DNA of 64,000 bases, taken from positions 109,926,001 to 109,990,000 of the forward strand of contig NC_058377.1 in assembly GCF_018350175.1 (NCBI RefSeq), written 5' to 3'. The notes beneath the pieces were generated by a model. That model was not told the DNA's origin. It did not search any database and worked only from the letters and a program-made list of their open reading frames with translations. The position numbers and the translations under genes are program-made. Shown here one piece after another: positions 1 to 11,300 of the stretch (its first letter is position 1; each line of letters opens with the position of its first letter). This DNA is from Felis catus. Taxonomy: Eukaryota.

Positions 1-839
1 CTTTCTTTCTTTCTATCTTGAAATCTTAATAATTTTTAAACAAGGGGCCCCGCATTTCATTTGCACTATAGGTACATGTATATAGCTAGTCAGGGGGCGG
101 AGGAGGAGGAACAATCCTAGCTCTCCTCCTCCCTCCCAGGCCAGTTCTGTGCCAAGTGCCGTTTGCGAGGCAACAGAGGAGGCCTGGCAGTTGCTGGCTG
201 GGGAGACCCGTCCTACCTCCACCTTTCCAGGTACCCAGGCCTGGAAGGAAAAGCTCAGAGCTGACCCCCTAGTGGGCAGGAAAGTGAGAGCAGGCACCTG
301 AGTTTGCTCTCAGCCTCGTGCTGTGACCCAGTTTCTGCCTCTGCCAAATACCCATTCCAGAGAGTTACGGCGGACACGAAGGTCCAGCTGCCGTCCCCCC
401 AGAGTGTGTCATGAGAGTGCTAAGATGGCAAAACAGAAGGAACAGAAGCCGAAAGAGACACAGAGGGAAAACACCCCCAAATGATCCAGAAAAGGAAAGG
501 CAGAGAAAGAGGGAGAGAAAGGGAAAGGGAAGAAAAGAAATGAGAGAAAAGAGGCCACAGAGGATGCCTCGAGGGAGATCCAAGTGAGGTCCAAATACTC
601 CCCATGTGACAATGACCACTCAGCAAGCCATTTCCCCGAGCGCACCACTGCGCGCACTGCATCTTCGTTAATCCTCAAAGCAATCCCGTGAGGTCAGGCT
701 GGGAGGGCAAGGCCCAGAGACGTTAAGTAACTGGCCTGGGGCACCCAGCCAGGGCACTACGAGGTGACACTAGCATTCGACCCCAAGTCTTTTCCACACA
801 CATCCTCCCTTTCCCGGACACTGCAAGTACCGCTGGCCA

Positions 840-1400
840 CAGCGTGGAGATGACGGGGGTCAGCGTGGCCGCGCTTCGGACACTTACACGCGGGCCAGAC
901 GCATCCAGGGACAAACGCGCTCGGCGCGATCAAGGCGTGCTTCAGCGCCAGGAGGAGCAAGGGACGCCGGCGCGCACGCGCGCTAGAGAAGGACGGGTGC
1001 GCGGCGCCGCCGAGGCCGGGGCGGGGCGGGGCGGGGCCACAGGCCGGGCCGGGGCGGGGCCATAGGCCGGGGCGGGGTGGGCGGGGCCACAGGCCGGGTG
1101 GGGCGGGGCGGGGCGGGGCCACAGGCCGGGGCGGGGCGGGGCGGGGCGGGGCGGGGCGGGGCCACTGGCCGAGGCCAAATCCGGGCTAAGGCTCTGAGGC
1201 GGAAAAGGAGGCTGGGCAGGGGCAGTGCGAGATTGTATGACATTTCCCGAGGGTTCCACGGAGAGGCGCTGCTCGGGAAAGCGGGTCGCGCGGAGCCGGC
1301 TGTCTGGAAGCCCGGCCCCGGATTGTGAGCCGGTGCCTAGGGGCCAAGGGGCCACAAGGGCCTTAGACGGTGCGGGAGGAAGCATAGGACCAGCGTCCTG
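840..1400. promoter_or_regulatory. Orphan CpG island with GC-box array
   Basis: Dense CpG, 15 GGGCGG hexamers at 1018-1162 and GCGCGCACGCGCGC (NRF1-like); no coding exon is attached. Confidence 0.6.
1013..1170. repeat. GC-rich minisatellite: (GGGGC)n blocks punctuated by CACAGGCC-like spacers
   Basis: Five higher-order units read directly; each ends in ggggccac/ataggcc or ggggccactggcc. Confidence 0.85.
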
Positions 1401-3136
1401 GAGAAGTGGAGCCTCCCATGTAAGAGAGCCCTTTCCTTCCTCAGGGTCTTCGTACTTCCTGTTCCACATAACTGAAAAGCTCTTTTCCCTGCCCCGAACG
1501 AAGCTGTTTTCCTTCCATCCTTGTGGCTCCAGCAAAAAGCTGGAAGCTTCCCTTCCTCAGAAGTTTCCCTGACTTTACCTAAGAAGCCTTCTGGCTTTTA
1601 TAATAATTTGTCACCCGCTAAATGAGATCATCTGGGCTCTATCGACAGTGCCCTGCACACAGTGAGAACCCAGTAAATGTCAGTGGTTATTATTCTGTGT
1701 AATTTGCCTATAAGGTCATTGTTTGTCTCCCCCTACGTTGGATCCTCAAGGTCAAGTACCAGTGCCTAGTATGTAGCAGGAGCTCAACAAATATTGTTGG
1801 CTGAGTGAGTGAATGAAGCGAACTCCTGGCATCCCAGCCAGAGCCTGGCACTGTCTAAGCTCTGGACATCAGAGAGGTAGCTGTCCCTGTTAGGCAGGAG
1901 TTTCTCCTGGTCAATCCCGACACTCCTGGTGAGGTCAGGGAGGCCCCGAGTTTATCCTCCCGGATCTTCAAAGTCTCGGAGGCCCCAGCAAGAAGGAACT
2001 TGCACTCCTGGGTCTTGGCACATGTCGGTCCTCACCCCAACCTCACTCATGCTCACATGTACACAAGTTCGTGACTCTCCCCATCTCTCCCCTGCCCTCC
2101 CTGACGCTCTTCCAACCCTTCCCCTGACTGTCTTCTTCTGAGCACCCCACCTCCTTACATTGTAGCTCTCGCCAGCTTAATTGGAGGTATACATTTAGAG
2201 GTCTTCTCTACTGGACTGGGCCGCCACCGATTCCTGTCTCTCCTTGTGACTCTGACTTTGTGCCACACACCATGCTAGGTGTGAGGAATGAACGGTGACC
2301 ACAACGAACCACCCAGGGAGAGCCCTCTGAGAACCTCTCAACCACAAGATACAGGGGTGAGCAGGAGCCTTCTTTGTCAGAAAGGAGCGAAAGGGCGCTT
2401 CAGGCAAGGGGAATTCTGAAGTCAAAACCCCAGAGGTGGCAATGAACTTAGCGTGGTGTAGCGACAGAGGGAAGACCAGACTGACCAGAGACCAAGAGGC
2501 AAGGGGAAGGGAAATGGAATAGAGTGAGAGAGGCAGGCTGGGGCAAGACGGTGTAGGTCTTACAGGCCCTGGAGGGTGGGGGTGTCTAAGTACAGAAGCA
2601 GTCACAGGAGGTGGGGTTGGATTTAGGCCTAGAAGAGGGGCAGGAAGCCCAGTGAGGAGGCCGGTGCAGGTGTCAGCACCAGGCAGGAGGTGGTGGGACT
2701 TGGATGAGACTTAGCGGGGCGCAGTGGAAGGACTCAGGGTATACTTCGGAGACAGACACGCCAGGTAGTCAACAGGACAGGCCGCATGACAGCATGAGGA
2801 TACATGGGGGCGGGGGCAGGCAAGGGAAGAGAGGAATCAAGGATGACTCCCAAGTGTTTGGAAGAAGGAGGAACCACGATTGGGATGGGTAGGTGGGAGG
2901 GGAGCAGGTTGGACGGGCTGGGTGGTGGGGGTGGGGTGGGGAGCAGGAGCTCCGTGTGGGATGCTTTAAGTTTGCAATACCCATTAGTCATCTGGGAGAG
3001 ATGCCATGTGACGGTGTCGCCTGTGGGTCTGCCAGCTGGGCAGAGATGGGGTTCCGCTTCTCCTTCACCCCCAGCATCCCAGCTGGAGGTTGCCATGGTC
3101 TGGGCCCCGGGCAAAGGCTTAAGAGAAAGAATGACT

Positions 3137-3264
3137 GGGGTGCCTGGGTGGCTCAGTCAGTCAAGCATCTGAGTCTTGATTTTCAGCTCAAGTCATGAGA
3201 TTGAGTACCACATCGGTCTCTGCACTGACAGCACGGAGCCTGCTTGGGATTCTCTCTCTGTCCC

Positions 3265-3296
<32 letters not shown>

Positions 3297-3336
3297 AAAA
3301 TAAATAAATAAATATTAAAAAAAAAAATTAAAAAAA
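3137..3336 (+). mobile_element. Can-SINE (feline type)
   Basis: GGGGTGCCTGGGTGGCTCAGT head, (CT)n tract and A-rich tail. Confidence 0.9.
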
Positions 3337-3374
3337 GGACGAAAAGAACAAATTTACAATCAACCTTCCCTCAA

Positions 3375-3390
3375 CCACTAGAGGGCAGCA
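3375..3390 (+). promoter_or_regulatory. Candidate CTCF site (forward)
   Basis: CCACTAGAGGGCAGCA matches the CTCF core consensus CCRSYAGRKGGCRS at all 14 positions. Confidence 0.6.
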
Positions 3391-3690
3391 TCACCCCCCA
3401 AACCTGCCTCCCCAGGGCCAGGACGCACCTCAACCTCTTCCCACCCAGGGCTCCAGAAGCTGCTTTCTGGGGTTCCAGGATTTAGCGAGGGCTGCCCTGG
3501 AGGCTGGCTTTCTCTCAAAGGACCCCGGCTTCAGGCCTGCTGGGGATGTGGGTTGGGCCTGAGCAGGGGTAGCGTAGGGTTTTCAGCCGGGGAGGAGAAG
3601 GTAGGGCCACCTCCTGGAGCAGGCGGCTGGCCTTTCAGAACCCACAGGGATTCTAGTCTGACAAGTTCATCAGAAAGAACTGATGGATGG

Positions 3691-3915
3691 ATGTATTTTT
3701 AAAAGTAACTTCTACATCCACCACGGGGCTTGAACATACAACCCGGAGATCAAGAGTGGCAGGGTGCCTGTGTGGCTCAGTCGGTTAAGCATCTGACTTC
3801 AGCTCCGGTTGTGATCTCACGATTTGTGAGTTCAAGCCCCGCATCCAGCTCTCTTCTGTCAGCATGGAGCCCACTTTGGATCCTCTGTCCTCCTCTCTCT
3901 GTGCCTCCCCCACTG

Positions 3916-3947
<32 letters not shown>

Positions 3948-3997
3948 AATAAACATTAAAAAAGGGGGGCTGCAACTGAGCCATGTAGCTGCCCCCT
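3691..3997 (-). mobile_element. Short older Can-SINE split by a full-length + strand SINE (3762-3963)
   Basis: The reverse-strand 3' half is at 3691-3761 and the 5' half (ctgcaactgagccatgtagctgcccc) at 3970-3996, flanking a + strand SINE. Confidence 0.75.
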
Positions 3998-4023
3998 CAG
4001 GAAGAATTTTTAAAATAGGGGCT

Positions 4024-4225
4024 GGGGGCACCCGGGTGGCTCAGTCAGTTGAGCATCCAACCCTTGATTTTGGCTCAGGGCATGACCTCACAGTTCATGA
4101 GCCGAGCCCCACATCAAGCTCGCTGCTGTCAACACAGAATCCACTTCAGATCCTCTGCCCCCCCTCACTCTGCCCCTCCCCCCCCCAAAAAATAAACACT
4201 AAAGTAAAACTAAACTAAACTAAAC
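4024..4225 (+). mobile_element. Can-SINE with TSD
   Basis: TSD TAAAATAGGG(G/A)CT at 4011-4023 and 4226-4238. Confidence 0.9.
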
Positions 4226-5126
4226 TAAAATAGGGACTGTTCCAGAAAACGCAGGCCAGTGTGTGGCTGTAGTCAGTCCTGGAGAGTTGAAGAGTCGGGT
4301 GGGGTAGGAGGAGGGGAGGCCAGAGGCCTCCTGTGAGGCATCCTTGTGTGCCTCTGGCCCTGTTCTGCCCCCAAACTCTATATGCCACGTTGGGCTGAGG
4401 AGCTCGTTCGTTCAGTCCCTCATTCATTGATCGAACAGACTATGCCCTTCTGTGTCAGGTCCTGTGGTGGGCCCTGGGGCAAAAGATGAACTAGGAGCAT
4501 CAGTTACACTTGGAGACTGTATGTACGTTGTTTTTTCTTTTTTCTGTCAGGATATCCAACATCAGGATGCCTTTTCCAACTGTTACAAACATTTAATAAA
4601 GCTCCACCCTCCCACCCCCTTCAAAAACTTGATACATTTTGCAATTGATGATGTTTTCAAATCAAGGAAATAGGTGCTAAGAACACAATTGGAGATGTAC
4701 ACAGTTTGGGGTCAGGGAGGCTGGAGGAGGTGGGTCTTTTCTTAAAAGGATGCGCAGGAGTCAGCCAGGGAAGAAGGCCCACAGAGCGCTTCTGGACACG
4801 GGAAAGAACAATGGCACAGAGGTGAGAACGGGTGGGTGGGCAGGTACAGACAATGGTGGCAGTACAGGCAGGAGAGGCGAGCAGGGTCCAGTCATCCCCG
4901 TTCCTTGACTTGAGGAACTTGCTCACCTGATCTGCTTTGAGTAGAGGTGGGCGGGGGGGTTGCCTAGAGCACCCAACCCCCATCCGCCACTCTCAGCAGA
5001 TCCCAAAGTCCCTAGTAACTCCATCAGGTCTAGATTTGGGAGAGGCGTCTCTGGTCAAGGCCTGCATCAGGGTAGCAGCCATGGGGATCCTGAGAAGGGG
5101 ACAAGTTTAAGAAGATTCTCAGGCCA

Positions 5127-5360
5127 GGGGCACCTGGGTGGCTCAGTCGGTTAAGCGTCCGACTTCGGCTCAGGTCATGATCTCACGGTTCTTGAGTTCA
5201 AGCCCCGCGTCGGGCTCTGTGCGACAGCTCAGAGCCTGGAGCCTGCTTCGGATTCTGTGTCTCCCTCTCTCTCTGCTCCTCCCCCACTCATGCTCTGTCT
5301 CTCTCTCAAAAATAAATAAATGTTAAAAAATTAAAAAAAAAAAGAAGAAGAAGAAGAAGA
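5127..5360 (+). mobile_element. Feline SINEC_Fc with (GAA)n tail
   Basis: TSD AAGA(A/T)GATTCTCAGGCCA on both sides. Confidence 0.92.
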
Positions 5361-6136
5361 AGATGATTCTCAGGCCAGACAAGAGAGTGTGGCGAGAGAT
5401 TCGGCCAGGGGACGAGGGAGTTGTTGAGGATGATACCTGGAGTTCTGACTTGGGGATCTGGGTGGATGGTAGTGTTGCCCACTGAGAAGGGACCTTGCGA
5501 TTCCTGATGTGCTCTGGTGCTGATCTCAGACGGTAGCCTGAGAAATGCACAGAGAGGGGCTGAGGGGGCTCTGCTTTGCCAGAGGGTTCTGGTTACTGGC
5601 CTGAGGTTCATAAACTGGCATGAGGCAGGCTTGAGTCCCATGTGCCCGGGGACTAGGAAGGGATCTTGTCACCTTGGAAAACAGAGAGAGGCTCTACAGA
5701 GATAGAGGACGCTGCTTTGAGACACACGGACCTTCCTTCCCCACCCTGAGTGTTCTCCGTACAGCGAATTTCCCTTACCAGGCACCACTGAGACTCCTGT
5801 GTCCTCCTAGGCTGAGAGAGGTTTGACCCCACGTTGTAGAATCATGATGATTCCACTAGATTCCATAGATGGGATGGGGTGCAGGCCAAGCACAAGCTGG
5901 TCCAGGAAGGGTGGAGGTTGGTGCAGGGTCCTTTATCCTCAGTGGAAATCCTTGGTCAAGAGTTGGGTCTAGAACAGAAGGGGTGGGGACTGGAGCTAGC
6001 ATAGACCTGGAGCCTGACTGCAGTTGTCAAGTCCCAAGTTCATGGTGACCTGTTAAGTGTTCTAGGTCTAGATTGGGTCCCTGGTTGCATTGGATGTCCT
6101 GGTCCTGGGTCCATGTTGAGAGTGAGTTGTTGTTAC

Positions 6137-6573
6137 TTTGTTTTGTTTGTTTGTTTGTTTTGAAAGAGAGAGAGAGAGAGAACAGAGGGAAAGGGAGAGA
6201 GAGAATCTTTTTTTTTTTTAATTTTTTTTTTAATGTTTATTCATTTTTGAGAGACAGAGAGAGACAGAGCATGAGTGGGGAAGGGGCAGAGAGAGGGAGA
6301 CACAGAATCCGAGGCAGGTTCCAGGCTCTGAGCCATCAGCACAGAGCCTGACGCGGGGCTCGAACTCACAGACTGCAAGATCATGACCTGAGCTAAAGTC
6401 GGTCACTCAACCGACTGAGCCACCCAGGCGCCCCAGGGAGAGAGAGAATCTTAAGCAGGCTCCACACCCAGCTCAGAGCCCCATGCGGGACTCAGTCTCA
6501 CAACCGTGGGATCATGACCTGAGCCGAAATCGAGAGTAGGACGCTTAACCCACTGAGCCACCCAGGCACTCCC
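6137..6573 (-). mobile_element. Nested Can-SINEs (inner 6210-6434)
   Basis: The inner element is flanked by a perfect 18-bp TSD, AGGGAGAGAGAGAATCTT (6192-6209; 6435-6452). Confidence 0.92.
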
Positions 6574-6869
6574 ATGTTCAGAGTTCTTGATATTGGGTCT
6601 GGGTCTGGGGTTCGAATCAATGTTGGAGTTAGTAACCAGGATGGGACCAGTGTTTGAGATCATGGTCCTAAAACTATATCTGGGGTCCCGTGGGGGGTCT
6701 GGGGTCAGTGTCAAGGTCTGGGTGTGGAGAGAGCCACCGGGCTGTGATCTCGGGTCACAGAGTCTAATGCAGTGGTCTAAGGCAGTGGTCCGAGGTCCAG
6801 TCCTGGGGTCCTATTTGGAGGCCGGGCTCAGGAATGTCGTCCAGAACTAATATCAGGTCAGACACTTCC

Positions 6870-8330
6870 ACCAAGATCCAGAAGTCAGCGGTTACGTCCA
6901 GCGTCCGAGGTCCAAGTCCTCGAGATCATGTTCTGAAGTGCCAGTCTGGCGTGAGGGCCACGGTCTGTTGTGGATTCTGAGGTCCGAGTCGGGATCCGAG
7001 CTGTGGTCAAGGTGTGGGTCCGGGGTCTTCTTCGGTCCCGGGCCCCGCGGCGAGTTCCAGGTCTGGGGTCAAGGGCCACGGCCCAGGCCCGGGGCGGGGT
7101 CAGGGTCGGGTCTGGGAAGGGGTCCGCGCGGCCAAGGGGGGGGTCAGGCTCGGGCCAGCCCGCGCGGCCTCCAGGGGGCGCCGCCGCCCGCCCGCCCGCC
7201 CGCCCGGCCCCTCGCGGGCTCGCTGGCGCTGTGCGCGGCAGGCGGGGCCGGAGGCGGCGGCGGCTCCGGGGCGCGGGCGGCGGCGGTGGCGGCGGCGGCG
7301 GCGGCGGCGGCCCGACTGCAGTCCCGGCGGGAGCGGAGCGAGCCGGGGCCGGGCCCGAGCCGGCGCCATGGGGCGGCGCCGCCTGTGAGCCGCGGCGAGC
7401 GGAGCCGCGGGCGCCGAGCGGGGCCAGGCGGGCGGCGGCGCCCGAGGCCGACGGAGCGGCCGGGCCGGGGCCGAGCGCGCCGAGCGGAGCGGAGCCGAGC
7501 CGAGCGNNNNNNNNNNNNNNNNNNNNNNNNNNNNNNNNNNNNNNNNNNNNNNNNNNNNNNNNNNNNNNNNNNNNNNNNNNNNNNNNNNNNNNNNNNNNNN
7601 NNNNNNNNNNNNNNNNNNNNNNNNNNNNNNNNNNNNNNGAACCCAGGTGAGGCGGCCGCCGGCCGGGCCCGCTCCCCGAACCCGGAGCCCGCGGCCCCAG
7701 ACCACCCCGCCGCTGGCCCCTGACCCCCCCCCCCTCCAGTGCCCCGTGCCCCGGCCACCGCTCGGGGCTCGGCCACCCCGACCCGACCCCTCGGCCCCAG
7801 GCCCAGTGCACCTGAACCCGGGGCTTCCCGGCCCCGCCGGCTCCCCGGGCCGCGCAGTGCCCCCTGCCCCACTGCCTCCCTTCCCTTCGTCCACGCTGCC
7901 TGCCCTCGCCCCCGGCGGCCCCGCGCTCCTGCCTTCTCCCCCAGGGGCCCCGTGCTGTCCTATATGCCCCTCCCGGCAGCCCCTGGTCCCCGTGGGGTCT
8001 CCTCCTCTACCTGCCACCGGCCACCTGGCCTGACTACATCCCCCATCCCTGAGCTTTCCCGACTCCCGGCACCCCGCCTTGGGGTTGCAGCACCCCCACT
8101 CCTAGCCCCCTCTCTCTGGTCGACACTTGCGTGAGGTTTTGCGGGAGGCAGCAAGTCTTCCTGGTCTTCCCCCACCCATCTGGAGGGTCACTGGCTTGGG
8201 GTAGGGTTTAAGAGTGCTTTGGGGGCCGGGGTGGTGGTGGGGGGGAGCAGGGTGTGGCGCGCGTGCCCCAGCCCAGCGGGGGGAGACACCCACTGCCCCT
8301 CTCCCCTCCGATGCCTCCTCTGGCGGCCCT
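6870..8330 (+). promoter_or_regulatory. GRK2 CpG-island promoter, 5' UTR and start of intron 1
   Basis: Very GC/CpG-rich and TATA-less, with a GGC repeat; it surrounds the GRK2 exon 1 donor at 7647. Confidence 0.9.
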
Positions 8331-11300
8331 GCGCGTGGTGTCCCGTGGCTGCTGTTTGCCAGAGGATATCCCGGCACCTCTGCAGCAGCTGGACCACGGC
8401 TGCCACCTCTCCGTGAGACTATTGATGTCACTGCACCCGGTATCAAAGTTGAAACTGTTCAGGATGTAGGCACGTTCTCTTCAGGATATGGACCGTTGCT
8501 GAGGTTTGGCCAGCATTTTATGGCTTCTAGAGTATTTTCCCATTGTGTGAGCCGCCCTGCAACCTGTCAGCAGGTAGGACAGGTGCAGTTTTGTCTCCAC
8601 CGAACGGGTGGGGAAGCAGAAGCCCCGGAGGTGAGCGGCTCGCCCCGTGTCACAGGTAGTCCAGGCTGGCGCCTCGCCACCAGATCAGGGCTTCTGGCTT
8701 CCACGTCCACGTCATGTCTACTACTCAGGCCTGAGCCGGGGCCTGGCTGTTCTGCATCTGCGACAGCTGTGTGCCCACCACGATTGCTCATGCCTGAGAG
8801 CTGGCATGCTGGACGCCTGGCTGGCCTGGGAACCTGGGCCTGTCCTAGCTGTCGTGTGACTTTGGGCAAGTCCCTTCCCCTCCGCTTCTGGGCCTCGGTT
8901 TTCTCATCTGTGAAATGTGGGTAGCGTGAAATAAGGGTCGTGACCCCGTGGCGTCCTAAGCCTTTGAAGCAGAGCGCAGAGCTGTGGGGAGTGCCTTGGC
9001 TACATCTCCGGCACCCTTCTCTGTGCCCTGTTCACTGGGTTTCGGATTNNNNNNNNNNNNNNNNNNNNNNNNNNNNNNNNNNNNNNNNNNNNNNNNNNNN
9101 NNNNNNNNNNNNNNNNNNNNNNNNNNNNNNNNNNNNNNNNNNNNNNNNNNNNNNNNNNNNNNNNNNNNNNNNNNNNNNNNNNNNNNNNNNNNNNNNNNNN
9201 NNNNCAAAAATGAGTTCAGAAATGACAAAGCCACGAGGGAGGAAACGGGGGGGAGTCAGCCTCTGGGGCTCACAACGGCTCTCCTTGGTGGCTGCGGCCT
9301 CGAGACCCTCCTGCAGGTTGGGGCTCTGCAAAGTGTCAGGCAGAACCTTTTCTGGAACTCTCTGCGTTTGGGTAATCTCTCCCCAGAATGCATTGCTCCC
9401 GATGGGGCCCCGCCTTGGGTTGGCCCTGCAGGTGTTAGAACCCTGAGAAACGAGATGTTCCTCTTTTCCTGTCCCCCTTTACCATCTGTGGTAGTGACGA
9501 TGCTGATAGGAACGATGGTGGAAATTATAACAATTTATTATTTATTATGACATCTGTCATCTCAGTTGATCCGAAAACCAACCTGTGAAGTTGGCATGGC
9601 CATGCCTCACGTGTAGCAGTTGCTCAAGAAATATCAGGACCGGGTGCTGTCTGGAACCAGGCTGTGAGTTTTAGGGGAACAGCAGGAGACCAAGACCCAG
9701 GTGTCATGGCTTCTCATGGGGGGTCACCATCCAGCAGCACAGCGTTGGACAGATGCACCACTGCTGTGAGATGGATAGAGGCTCTCGCAGCGCCCGTCGG
9801 TGACCTGAGGCCAGGCCTCTCCTAACGGAGGACATGCCAGCCTTTGCGTTTATGCTTCGCACACCTGGTGGGTCGGATGCCTCCTGCCCTGGAAGGTCAC
9901 GATGACTGTGTCTTACATTTGCCTAGCGCTTCCCAGTTTGCAAGCTAGCTTTTACTCCAGCTGATTCTTTCCACAACTGTGGGAAAGCAGGGCCCCGAAG
10001 GTGGTATTCTCCCGTTTAATATTTGAAGCAACTGAGGCCCAGGAAGGGGAGGAGACTTAGTCCCAGAGGCGAGCTGGAATTTGAACTCAGGTGTCCGGAC
10101 CCCCTGCTGTGCTTCATTTCCTCCACACAACGCTGTACCCCCGCTGCTCTCCCCTCTGGCACCCCTCGTCTGGGTCGCCGTGGTCTGGGGGTTGGCCTGG
10201 AAGCGGCAGGGCACAAGGCCCGGCCCCCGCCCCGTCATCTGGGACAGAATGGAGCCGTTCTGACAAAGCTAGTACGCGGAGGAGGCAGCTCCTGCCTGGG
10301 GTCACGTCTTCCCCTCACCCACAAGGTGAATGGCCAGGAAGGATGGCCGTGGTTCGTCCATGACGAGATGCCATTTGGAGACGTTCCCGCCTTGGGGTGG
10401 TCCGTCTTGGCAGCCTGCCTGCAGCTGGTGCCCAGGTTGTGGCTTGGCCGGGAGCTGGGGCTGGCATCGGCTCTGACTTGTCAGGGCTAGGCACAGGAGC
10501 TGCTGGGCAGGCACAGTGCCACTTTGAGTTGGCACAGGGTCCTCCCCTTCTGTCACCCTATAGAATCTGAGGGAACAGACCCATTTCTCGACCTCCTCAT
10601 GGAAGGAGGCAGTGTTGTGTAGCTGGAAGACAGGAGACCCGGCTTGTGATCCTGCTGCGATGCCAGCGTGTCCCTTTTCCTGACCGCACCTGTCTCCGTT
10701 TCCCCTTCAGTAAAGCCAGGGCCCGCCCCCCAGGGATGACCTCGCAGTGCTCCTTCAGCCCTCGGGCCTGTGGTCTGTGCTTCTCCCCGATGGAGCTGCT
10801 CTCCCTCCACCAGCAGCGGTCCTGTAATTACTGTCATTTGCTTAATATGACCACGGAGGCCGGGTGTAATTAATCTCTGGGCTCCTGGCTCGGGAGCCTC
10901 GCTCAGGCGGTCCCAGGAGATGCCCCTGCCCTCCCTGGTGACAGTGGCAGCCCCAGCAGCAGATTGTCGGAGCCGGGTGCCTCTTGCAGCCTCCCATTTT
11001 CTCAGCTCTTTCCTGGTCCCTCCCCCACCATGGATTTCCTCCTTCCTGCCCTTTTCTGGCGTCCCTGTCTCCCAGACCGGGCCACTCTTCCTCTGCTTTT
11101 TCGTTCCTGTTAACTCTTTGCCTCCAGGACTTCCTGCCCACGATTTGTATGGGGGGGGGGGAGGCGGGGAAGGGGTGCAGGGGAAGGTTTCCTCCCTTCC
11201 TCCTCCACTTCTCCATCACCAGCAAAACGCTGTTTATTTCCAGCCTTTGTCCCTCACCCAGAACTTTCTACCCCTGCGGTAGCTCTCCTCCTCACTCCCA

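Noticed and set aside
1-840. Possible KDM2A terminal exon
   Set aside because: No KDM2A coding sequence or clear poly(A) signal is visible; the gene presumably ends before the window.
6885-8924. Many long ORFs (226-308 aa) over the GRK2 CpG island on both strands
   Set aside because: They are Gly/Ala/Pro/Arg-rich products of very high GC content, read through N-gaps, mostly lack ATG starts, and match no family I recognise.
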